From: Haliotis cracherodii
Taxonomy: Eukaryota
Assembly: GCF_022045235.1 (NCBI RefSeq)
Contig: NW_027266264.1
Coordinates: 73,656,001-73,720,000 of the forward strand
Direction of reading: 5' to 3'
Length of the DNA: 64,000 nucleotides
Below, one piece after another: positions 39,120 to 51,100 of this stretch. A program made the position numbers and the translations under genes. The notes beneath the pieces were generated by a model. The model was given only the letters and a program-made list of their open reading frames with translations. It made no database searches and was not told where the DNA came from. The first letter of the stretch is position 1, and each line of letters starts with the position of its first letter.

Positions 39120-39345
39120 ACTGTGCCACACTTCAGTAAAGTCATTGGTAAGTTCCCGTAGAGTTGCCGGATCTGCAGCCTGTTTCAAGTGTTGGATGGG
39201 GTTCAGGTCTGGTGACCGGGCAGGCCACTCTATGCGGGCAATGGTTTCTAGCACTATGAGGTGAGTTATCGTCCATGAGGATGACTTCGGGTCTGATTGC
39301 ACCAGCATATGGTCTCGTATGCACATCCAGAATGGCATCGATGGT
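39120..39345 (-). pseudogene. Tc1-family transposase relic (frameshifted DDE domain)
   Basis: Two frames give ILMDDNSPH and IEWPARSPDLNPIQHL, the Tc1 second-Asp and WP.SPDLNPIE motifs. Confidence 0.8.
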
Positions 39346-39579
39346 TACAAATCTTGCAATGAAACCCCCTTGGCCGGCTTTAATATGACATAAATTCTCA
39401 TGCGAGACGATGACTCTTAAACAATATGGCCCTTGTTTGGATTTGGTGCACAACATTGCCAAACATTGGAAAGCATCGTTGATGAAGTGATGAATATGTT
39501 ATACAGTTAACAAAATGCTGTGAACAATACATAATGCCAAATAAGTGAACTTATATTTCCTCCTCCTACTAAAAGGAGC

Positions 39580-41903
39580 ACACATAACCTACTTAACCAA
39601 GCATATTACTGACTACAGCATCTACATACAATCTGCAACAGTAACCACATATAACCTCTACCACAACCACATATAACCTCTACCACAACGACATATACCC
39701 TACTACAGCAAGTATATATAACCTACTACAGCCACCACATATAACCTCTACCACAAGTACATATAACCTACTACAGCAAGTACATATAACCTACTACATA
39801 AAGTACATATAACATATACATCAAGTACAAATAAACTACTACAGCAAGTACATATAACCTTCAACAGCAACCACATATAACCTACTACAGCCACCACATA
39901 TAAGCTCTACCACAAGTACATATAACCTACTGCAACAACATCATATGATCTCTACCGCATTTAATATAACCTACTGCAATAAGTTCATATACCCTACTAC
40001 AGCAAGTACATATAACCTACTACATCAAGTACATATAACCTACTACATCAAGTACATATAACCTACTACATCAAGTACATATATACATCAAGTACAAATA
40101 AGCTACTACAGCAAGTACAAAAAAGCCTACTACAACAAGTACATATAACCTTCAACAGCTACCACATATAACCTCTGCCGCAAGTACATATAACCTTCAA
40201 CAGCTACCACAAGTACATATAACCTACTACAGCAACACCATATAATCTCTACTGCAATTACATATAACCTATTGCAATAAGTACATATAACCTACAACAG
40301 CAAGTACATATAACCTACTACATCAAGTACATATAACCTACTACATCAAGTACATATAACCTACTACATCAAGTACATATATACATCAAGTACAAATAAG
40401 CTACTACAGCAAGTACAAAAAAGCCTACTACAGAAAGTACAAAAAGCCTACTACAGCGAATACACATAACCTACTACAGCAAGTACATATAACCTACTAC
40501 AGCAAGTACATATAACCTACTACAGCAAGTACATATACCCTACTACAGCAAGTACATATAACCTACTACAGCAAGTACATATAACCAACAACAGCAAGTA
40601 CATATAACCTACTACAGCAAGTACATATAACCTACTACAGCAAGTACATATAACCTACAACAGCAAGTACATATAACCAACAACAGCAAGTACATATAAC
40701 CTACTACAGCAAGTACATATAACCTACTACAGCAAGTACATATAACCTACTACAGCAAGTACATATAACCAACAACAGCAAGTACATATAACCTACTACA
40801 GCAAGTACATATAACCTACAACAGCAAGTACATATAACCTACAACGGCTAACACATACATAACCTTTACAGCAAGCAGATGTAACCTCCTACAGCTAATA
40901 CATATACATATAACCTACTACAGCAAGTACATATAACCAACAACAGCAAGTACATATAACCTACTACAGCAAGTACATATAACCTACTACAGCAAGTACA
41001 TATAACCTACTACAGCAAGTACATATAACCAACAACAGCAAGTACATATAACCTACTACAGCGAATACACATAACCTACTACAGCAAGTACATATAACCT
41101 ACTACAGCAAGTACATATAACCTACTACAGCAAGTACATATACCCTACTACAGCAAGTACATATAACCTACTACAGCAAGTACATATAACCAACAACAGC
41201 AAGTACATATAACCTACTACAGCAAGTACATATAACCTACTACAGCAAGTACATATAACCTACTACAGCAAGTACATATAACCAACAACAGCAAGTACAT
41301 ATAACCTACAACGGCTAACACATACATAACCTTTACAGCAAGCAGATGTAACCTCCTACAGCTAATACATATACATATAACCTACTACATCAAGTACATA
41401 TAACCTACTGCAGCAAGTACATATAGCCTACTACATCAAGTACATATAACCTACTGCAGCAAGTACATATAACCTACTACATCAAGTACATATAACCTAC
41501 TGCAGCAAGTACATATAACCTACTACAGCAAGTACATATAACCTACTGCAGCAAGTACATATAACCTACTACAGCAAGTACATATAACCAGCAACAGCAA
41601 GTACATATAACCTACTACAGCAAGTACATATAACCTACAACGGCTAACACATATATAACCTTTACAGCAAGCAGATGTAACCTCCTACAGCTAATACATA
41701 TACATATAACCTACTACAGCTAATACATATAACCTACTACATCAAGTACATGTAACCTACTACAGCAAGTACATATACCCTACTACAGCTAATACATATA
41801 ACCTACTACATCAAGTACATATAACCTACTACAGCAAGTACATATAACATACTACATCAAGTACATATAACCTACTACAGCGAATACATATAACCTACTA
41901 CAG
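39580..41903. repeat. 23-bp minisatellite (TAACCTACTACAGCAAGTACATA)n
   Basis: Direct reading; ~2.3 kb. Confidence 0.95.
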
Positions 41904-41909
41904 TTGGTG

Positions 41910-42073
41910 TCACCCATCGCGTATTTCTTTTATATCCGTTGTAAATCAAGTTGACCTGGTTAGATAGCATTTTCTGCGTCCACCCGACAACCAGAAAGCG
42001 CTTGGCGTGTCGTCCCGTGGCCTGGTATTTAGGACTATCTATAGGACACTGAAGGCTGGAACATGAGGTACGT
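41910..42073 (+). promoter_or_regulatory. Diverged duplicate of the FAX-like promoter/first exon (distal copy)
   Basis: Aligns by eye with 45920-46160 (TATTTCTTTT..CAAG.TGAC..TAGC.TTTTCTGC..CACCCGACAA.CCAG..CGTGT.GTC.CGTGGC.TGGTATTTA) and ends in ATGAG|GTACGT at 42063-42073. Confidence 0.6.
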
Positions 42074-42180
42074 CCGTGTTGTTTTGAGTGAATGACTGAG
42101 TAAAGTATCTTTTTGAAACATATTTTACAAATGACTATTTTCGAGTGGTAGTACCATTGATGCTAATTCAAAACAACACG

Positions 42181-42333
42181 GGGGCGGTCGGGTAACCTAG
42201 TGGTTAAAGCGTTCGTCGAAGACCCGGGTTCGATTCCCGACATGGGTACATTGTGTGAAGCCCATTTCTGGTGTCCCCCGCCGTGATATTGCTTGAGTAT
42301 TGCTAAACGCGGCGTAAAACCATACTCACTCAC
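42181..42333 (+). mobile_element. tRNA-derived SINE family A
   Basis: Same consensus with a small internal deletion. Confidence 0.8.
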
Positions 42334-42627
42334 TAAGATATGTATTTACATAGCTATTATCTTGAGATAGTGAGTTAGCATCATCTTGATACGTTGACAA
42401 ATTGGGTGAAACCCACGAGCACGGGTATGATGTTGACAAACCGGGAAACATAATTCTAACCACGGTCATAGGTTTCTGCCGCTCCTCAGTCGACTGGAAC
42501 ACTTTTCACCCTGGGAAGTGAGTGAGTTGGGTTTAACGCCGCTTTTAACATTATTCCAGTTATATCACGGCGTGTCAGCTTAATGTGGGAGGAAAGCCCG
42601 AAGTGATGCAGGTCTCAGACGTTTACC

Positions 42628-43119
42628 ATAAAAGTCCAGTTTCCACCCTTGCCGAACTAGGCTGGTATTATGGAGTTACATTTTGGCTGGACTATCAAAA
42701 TCGCGCACCGAAATCGAAATCCGGTCGTAAAGTGTCAAGCAGATTTCGGTCGACTGCAGGATTTGCAAAGCATGTGCACCGCTAACTCGTTGTCAACAGA
42801 TATTTTCTAAATCTTTTCATGTTTTTAATCAAGGTGCTCACTTGATTTGATGCACTTCGCGTTGTAAGACTCGTTTTATCACAACATAGATCTTCATTAT
42901 CGATCAGACCGTCTTGACTGGGCGCCACCGTTTTGTTTGAAGCAAATGCAAGTGGTACGAGAGGTTGAATCTGATTGGTCAATAGGAGAGGCATGGAAAG
43001 GACATAACTCGTAATAGCCACTGGTGGCGCTACGATCGAGCCCAGGAATTCCAGCCTAGTTCGGAAAGGGTGGAAACTGGACTTTTAAAGTCAGTTAACT
43101 CTCTTGCCTCGGGAAAATG
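42628..43119. mobile_element. MITE family D, left TIR truncated
   Basis: Same internal sequence and right TIR (GTTAACTCTCTTGCCTCGGGAAAATG) as 60447-60909. Confidence 0.8.
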
Positions 43120-43444
43120 GGGTTTTCGTCACTCGTCCGTCCGTCCGTCTGTCCACTGGTATCCGCCGTCCACATGGAGACGTGGCAATTACAGACATCA
43201 ACAAACCCACCAACGTAGAGAAGACGTATCTCAGCACTTGCTTCATAACGATGTGTGTATTTACATAGAAGCGTCGCATTCATTGTGATGTATAAGTTCT
43301 ATATCCATAAAACTATCTCCCTTGTTCATCATTTCAACTTCTAAATGCCATGAATACACAATGCCATTTAAAAAGTGGTCGAATGTAACAATTGTTTTAT
43401 TTGAGATAACACTTCCTGAGTAAAGTACAAATACTAGTACTTTT

Positions 43445-43556
43445 TTAGGTTGAGTCCCATCTGGGATTCGAACCCACTCTTTCTGAGTTAGGCATCAAAT
43501 CGCCGGCCCACACGGTCAGCCATCTAACCTACTCAACCACCGAGGCATACTCAAAA
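43445..43556 (-). mobile_element. tRNA-like (Pol III A/B box) repeat head, not a functional tRNA
   Basis: Reverse strand TGGTTGAGTAGG...GGTTCGAATCCC; no clean cloverleaf. Confidence 0.45.
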
Positions 43557-43629
43557 TGAAAGTCCGACAACTGGTAGTCTAGATCACGTACTATGTGTGC
43601 CCCTGCTGATAAGTGTAAATTGGCACCTA

Positions 43630-45911
43630 GAGCAAGCCCATATAACCAGCTACAGTAAGTATATGTACCCTACTACAGCTAACACGTATAACCTACTACA
43701 GCTAACACATATAACCAGCTACAGTAAGTATATGTACCCTACTACAGCTAACACATATGACCTACTACGACTGACACATATAACCTACTACAGCAAGTAT
43801 ATGTACCCTACTACAGCTAACACATATAACCTACTACGACTGACACACATAACCAGCTACAGCAAGTATATGTACCCTACTACAGGTAACACATATAACC
43901 TACTACGGCTGACACATATAACCTACTACAGCAAGTATATGTACCCTACTACAGCTAACACATATAACCTACTACGACTGACACATATAACCTACTACAG
44001 CAAGTATATGTACCCTACTACAGCTAACAAATATAACATACTACGACTGACACATATAACCAGCTACAGCAAGTATATGTACCCTACTACAGCTAACACA
44101 TATAACCTACTACGACTGACACATATAACCAGCTACAGCAAGTATATGTACCCTACTACAGCTAACACATATAACCTACTACAGCAAGTATATGTACCCT
44201 ACTATAGGTAACACATATAACCTACTACGACTGACACATATAACCAGCTACAGCAAGTATATGTACCCTACTACAGCTAACACATATAACCTACTACAGC
44301 AAGTATATGTACCCTACTATAGGTAACACATATAACCTACTACGACTGACACATATAACCAGCTACAGCAAGTATATGTACCCTACTACAGCTAACACAT
44401 ATAACCAGCTACAGCAAGTATATGTACCCTACTACAGCTAACACATATAACCTACTACAGCAAGTATATGTACCCTACTATAGGTAACACATATAACCTA
44501 CTACGACTGACACATATAACCAGCTACAGCAAGTATATGTACCCTACTACAGCTAACACATATAACCTACTACAGCAAGTATATGTACCCTACTATAGGT
44601 AACACATATAACCTACTACGACTGACACATATAACCAGCTACAGCAAGTATATGTACCCTACTACAGCTAACACATATAACCAGCTACAGCAAGTATATG
44701 TACCCTACTACAGCTAACACATATAACCTACTACAGCAAGTATATGTACCCTACTACAGCTAACACATATAACCTACTACAGCAAGTATATGTACCCTAC
44801 TATAGGTAACACATATAACCTACTACGACTGACACATATAACCAGCTACAGCAAGTATATGTACCCTACTACAGCTAACACATATAACCTACTACAGCAA
44901 GTATATGTACCCTACTATAGGTAACACATATAACCTACTACGACTGACACATATAACCAGCTACAGCAAGTATATGTACCCTACTACAGCTAACACATAT
45001 AACCAGCTACAGCAAGTATATGTACCCTACTACAGCTAACACATATAACCTACTACAGCAAGTATATGTACCCTACTACAGCTAACACATATAACCTACT
45101 ACAGCAAGTATATGTACCCTACTATAGGTAACACATATAACCTACTACGACTGACACATATAACCAGCTACAGCAAGTATATGTACCCTACTACAGCTAA
45201 CACATATAACCTACTACAGCAAGTATATGTACCCTACTATAGGTAACACATATAACCTACTACGACTGACACATATAACCAGCTACAGCAAGTATATGTA
45301 CCCTACTACAGCTAACACATATAACCAGCTACAGCAAGTATATGTACCCTACTACAGCTAACACATATAACCTACTACAGCAAGTATATGTACCCTACTA
45401 CAGCTAACACATATAACCTACTACAGCAAGTATATGTACCCTACTATAGGTAACACATATAACCTACTACGACTGACACATATAACCAGCTACAGCAAGT
45501 ATATGTACCCTACTACAGCTAACACATATAACCTACTACAGCAAGTATATGTACCCTACTATAGGTAACACATATAACCTACTACGACTGACACATATAA
45601 CCAGCTACAGCAAGTATATGTACCCTACTACAGCTAACACATATAACCAGCTACAGCAAGTATATGTACCCTACTACAGCTAACACATATAACCTACTAC
45701 AGCAAGTATATGTACCCTACTACAGCTAACACATATAACCTACTACGACTGACACACATAACCTACTACAGCAAGTATATGTACCCTACTACAGCTAACA
45801 CATATGACCTACTACGACTGACACATATAACCTACTACAGCAAGTATATGTACCCTACTACAGCTAACACATATAACCTACTACGACTGACACATATAAC
45901 CTACTACAGCA
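43630..45911. repeat. Related 23-bp minisatellite with higher-order (46/69/115-bp) structure
   Basis: Alternating variants ..CAGCAAGTATATGTACCC.., ..CAGCTAACACATATAA.. and ..CGACTGACACATATAA..; the 23-aa periodicity of the ORF corresponds to 69 bp. Confidence 0.95.
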
Positions 45912-45914
45912 ATC

Positions 45915-46160
45915 ACATGGAAACATCGTATATTTCTTTTCTAACCATTGTGAAACAAGCTGACGTTGGTAAATAGCCTTTTTCTGCTTCGTCACCCGAC
46001 AAACCAGTCATGCCTCCCCCCATACAAATAGACGGGGCTAGACGTGTAGTCACGTGGCTTGGTATTTAAAGATAAAAAACATTGTATGAGGAGTATCAGT
46101 GGGATATATTTTGTCGGACTTTACGACTGGAAGACACGCACACAAAACAATGAGGTATGT
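45915..46160 (+). promoter_or_regulatory. Putative promoter and first exon of the FAX-like gene (proximal copy)
   Basis: GTCACGTG at 46049-46056, TATTTAAA at 46063-46070, then ATGAG|GTATGT at 46150-46160 in the phase required by exon 2. Confidence 0.6.
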
Positions 46161-48031
46161 GCGCGGTGTTTTAAAGTACATGTATATTAGATAGGAAACA
46201 AGGCCGTCTATTTCGCCTTCAACATTTCATGAAAAGAGTTCGGAAATATACATAAATATACATTAATTGCATTTACTTCAACACCAATGGTACTATGACT
46301 CGTAAATAGTAATAAGTAAAATGTGTTTCAGAATTGTATCATTGTCATTTGTGAAAGGAATTTTAAGAAATCCAATTTCAATACTTCTAAACCACTACAA
46401 TGCCTATAAGAGGTCAAACATACCATCGAAATTAAGCCACTGCGTAAATCTGTACAACGTGTATGTGTAGGCATATGTGCGGTGTACCCCCAATGTGTAG
46501 GCCTTTATAGGAAGGCACTTAGAGGAAGGCTCCGGGGTATGGTCTCCTCCCCACCCGACTAGTATTGTACGGGACGCTATACGGTAGGAACGTCATGCTA
46601 AAACAAATGAAAAGGTATATCTGAAACAATGTCCAAATCCAATGAAGGACTGATCCTAGCATTTACGAATATAATATAAAATCAAACTTAAACACTGTTG
46701 GGTAGTAATAAGAGTATACCAAAACTCCATCCACTGGCACAGTAAATTTCTTCTTCATCACATGGTAATATATCAATAATACATTCCCATAACCTGGCCC
46801 GTACCTGGCCGCCACCACAGCACAGTGAAGAATACAGCCCTTTCTCCTGCCTGTCTGTGAATGATTGAAGGCTTGAAGTAATCAATTGAATATAACTTCT
46901 TTCAGTGGTATTTAGAAGTTGGAGTGATGAAGTAAGAAAGAAGTTGTTCATCCATAGAACTCGTCTATATATATATAANNNNNNNNNNNNNNNNNNNNNN
47001 NNNNNNNNNNNNNNNNNNNNNNNNNNNNNNNNNNNNNNNNNNNNNNNNNNNNNNNNNNNNNNNNNNNNNNNNNNNNNNNNNNNNNNNNNNNNNNNNNNNN
47101 NNNNNNNNNNNNNNNNNNNNNNNNNNNNNNNNNNNNNNNNNNNNNNNNNNNNNNNNNNNNNNAATGCAGCAACTTTTTTAAAGTGCAATCGCTTTATTTT
47201 AATGGGTTTAAAAAAAAGATTAATCAATGTTTAATTCTTGAAATAATACCAAGTACTGTATTGATGCAAAAGAAAACACGAGTAAAGGTAAGACACCATA
47301 TCTATATGAATACTTCAGCCTCTCTGTATTATGTGTTCAACCATTCGAAAACCCTATCATATGTATCTAAAAATATGTACACAGAATTTGAAAAACATTA
47401 ATGAAAAATTTATAAATGTCGGATTGTATGGGTGGGGGACACATTAGATGTTTATCACATCATCACCACTCAACACGTATACCATTTAATAAATACTAGC
47501 TTCTGTACCTGTGGTTCTTTGGTACATTTCTATTGACACAGGCTGCGGATGTGACACACAGAGGTTTCAGGTGTAGTCGCGTGACTGTATTGTGTATACT
47601 ACTCCATTGTCAATGTGTGAGTGAGTATGGTTTTACGCCGCTTTTAGCAATATTCCAGTACTATCACTGCGGGTTACACCACAAATGGGCTTCAGACATT
47701 GTGTCCATTGGGTAATAGAACTCGTCGGAGTGACGAGAGAACGTTGACCCTAGGCAACCTCACCACTCCTGCTCCATTGTGGATTTTCAGCGTGCGCTGG
47801 GGTGGTGATTGTGGCGAACGTTGCTGAAGTAACTCTAGACCCTTTTTCAGATGAACGATATGTTTCACTTATTCCAACCTTGTTACATGCTAGCAGCCAA
47901 CCCAAGATCGTGCTGTACCAAATAGGGCGTGGCCCCCAGGCTCCCAGCCTTACGCCGTTTGCCGTTAAATTGGAGACCTTCTTACGGATGGCCAGGATCC
48001 CGTATACTGTAAGTACTTAATCGGTTTCCAT

Positions 48032-48073
<42 letters not shown>

Positions 48074-48074
48074 C

Positions 48075-48122
<48 letters not shown>

Positions 48123-51100
48123 AATAATAATAAGAAGAAGACAGATAAAGAGAGTTTTGTATTGTGATACAACATATTGGGTGAGATATGAGCCAGCTGT
48201 GTAATGACTATGTAATTGCAAGGTTCTCAATGTGACATTGCCATTTCTATTTCCCAGAACCAGCATGGGCGTAAAAGATCTCCGAAAGGCAAGTTTCCCT
48301 GGATGATCTACAATGGAAAAATAATCAGTGATTCACAGTTTTGCATTGACTTCCTGAATCAGAACTTAAATATTGACCTCAACAGCCATTTGAACCCGGA
48401 GCAGAGGGCCATTGCTCGTGCATTCCAAAAAATGGCGGAAGAAAACCTGTATTGGTTGGTTCATTATATGTTCGTATTTGTTAACATAACTTAGAATCAT
48501 TGGAGAATGTTCGTGAAACTGATCACAAATTCTCTTTATCGGTTGCACCTGAGTTGTATGGCAACTGGTGGTATGGCAAAGATTGTTAGTGTGATGTATT
48601 CTAGAGTGCCTGGTGTGCCTGGTGATATGGCAAAGATTGTTAGTGTGTTGTATTCTATAGTGCCTGGTGTGCCTGGTGATATGGCAAAGATTGTTAGTGT
48701 GTTGTATTCTAGAGTGCCTGGTGTGCCTGGTGATATGTCAAAGATTGTTAGTGTGTTGTATTCTAGAGTGCCTGGTGGTATGGCAACTATTGTTAGTGTG
48801 TTGCATTCTAGAGTGCCTGGTGATATGGCAAGGATTGTTAGTGTGTTGTATTCTAGAGTGCCTGGTGGTATGGCAACTATTGTTAGTGTGTTGCATTCTA
48901 GAGTGCCTGGATCTATGGCAAGGATTGTTAGTGTGTTGCATTCTAGAGTGCCCGGTGGTATGGCAAGGATTGTTAGTGTGTTGTATTCTAGAGTGCCTGG
49001 TGCAATGGCAAGGATTGTTAGTGTGTTGTATTATAGAGTGCCTGGTGGTATGGCAAGGATTGTTAGTGTGTTGTATTCTAGAGTGCCTGGTGGTATGGCA
49101 AGGATTGTTAGTGTGTTGTATTCTAGAGTGCCTGGTGCAATGGCAACTATTGTTAGTGTGTTGCATTCTAGAGTGCCTGGATCTATGGCAAGGATTGTTA
49201 GTGTGTTGTATTCTAGAGTGCCTGGTGATATGGCAAAGATTGTTAGTGTGTTGTATTCTAGAGTGCCTGGTGGTATGGCAAGGATTGTTAGTGTGTTGTA
49301 TTCTAGAGTGCCTGGTGCAATGGCAAGGATTGTTAGTGTGTTGCATTCTAGAGTGCCTGGTGGTATGGCAAGGATTGTTAGTGTGTTGTATTATAGTGTC
49401 TGGTGCCATGGCAACACGGATTTTTAGTGTGTGTGTTGAATTCCAGAGTGCCTGGTGGTGCTATGGCAAGGATTGTTAGTGTGTTGTATGTTAGAGTGCC
49501 TGGAGCTATGGCAACACGGACTGTTATTGTGTTGTATTCTAGAGTACATGGTGACAATGAGGATTGTTAATGGTTTTCATTTTAAGGTATGTGGTGCTAT
49601 AACAATAAGGTGTTATGAGGTGCGGGGTGCTATGACAATAAGGTGGTATAAGGTGCGAGTCGGTATGGCAATAAGGTGGTATAAGGTGCGGGTCGGTATG
49701 GCAATAAAGTCTTATAAGGTGCGGGGTGCTATGACAATAAAGTGTTATAAGGTTCGGGGTGCTATGACAGTAAGGTGTTTTAAGGTGCGGGGTGCTATGA
49801 CAATAAAGTGGTATAAGGTGCGCCGCGAGTCGGTATGACAATAAAGTGTTATAAGGTGCGGGGTGCTATGACAATAAAGTGTTATACGGTTCGGGGTGCT
49901 ATGATAGTAAGGTGTTTTCAGGTGCGGGATGCTATGACAATAAAGTGTTATAAGGTGCGGGGTACTATGACAATAAGGTGTTATAAGGTGCGGGGTGCTA
50001 TGACAATAAGGTGTTAGAAGGTGCGGGGTGCTATGACAATAAAGTGTTATAAGGCGCGGGGTGCTATGACAATAAAGTGTTATAAGGTGCGGGGTGCTAT
50101 GACAATAAAGTGTTATAAGGTGCGGGGTGCTATGACAATAAAGTGTTATACGGTTCGGGGTGCTATGACAGTAAGGTGTTTTAAGGGGCGGGGTGCTATG
50201 ACAATAAAGTGTTATAAGGCGCGGGGTACTATGACAATAAGGTGTTATAAGGTGCGGGGTGCTATGACAATAAAGTGTTATAAGGCGCGGGGTGCTATGA
50301 CAATAAAGTGTTATAAGGTGCGATGTGCTATGACAATAAAGTGTTATAAGGTGCGGTGTCCAATGCTAATAAAGTGTTATAAGGTGCGGGGTGCTTGACA
50401 ATAAGTTGTTATAAGGTGCGGGGTGGTATGACAATGAAGTGTTATAATGTGCGGGGTGATATGACAATATAGTGTTATAAGGTGCGGGGTGCTATGACAA
50501 TAAGGTGTTATAAGGTGCGGGGTGCTATGACAATAAAGTGTCACAAGGTGCGGGGTGCTATCATTACAACACAGATCGTCAGTATCAATGGTTTTCATTC
50601 TAAGGTGCTTGGTGCTGTGTCGGTGGGTGTATGACAACAAGGACTGGTTACACAGGGTCGTCTGTCTTCCCAAACTTCTCATATGGGTTGTGGGGCGGAA
50701 TGTGAAAAGTCAAACCAATGGTCACGGCATTGGGCGCCACGGCTACGAGGAAATGCTGCAGATCATGGAGACTGACCTGAGAGCTATTTCGTCCTACCTA
50801 GGTGGGTGGATCTACTCTAACGTTACATTTCACGTACTTTTGTCACCAAACTATAACCGATGTATTTCTAATTTCTGAACACAGAGTAAGGTTATTTTGT
50901 GGAACATTGTGAATCAATGAATTCCGTATTTTGACCAAATGTTCCCGTGTGTTTTTTCATGTAAACAATTGGCATGCTTTTGCAGTAAACTACGGTTATA
51001 ACGAACTCAAAGGGACCACTAATTTCAGTTCGTTATAATCGTAGTTCATTTAGGCATATATACAGCAAATTGACGGGGCCAAAATACCAGTATTTGAAAT

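Noticed and set aside
43597-45976. Long repetitive ORFs (THITSYSKYMYPTTANTYNLLRL)n
   Set aside because: By-product of the 3x23-bp satellite; no splice or start context.
48507-50398. 200-300-aa ORFs in several frames on both strands
   Set aside because: 42-bp and 30-bp units are multiples of 3, so frames stay open; they lie in an intron whose flanking exons join in frame.
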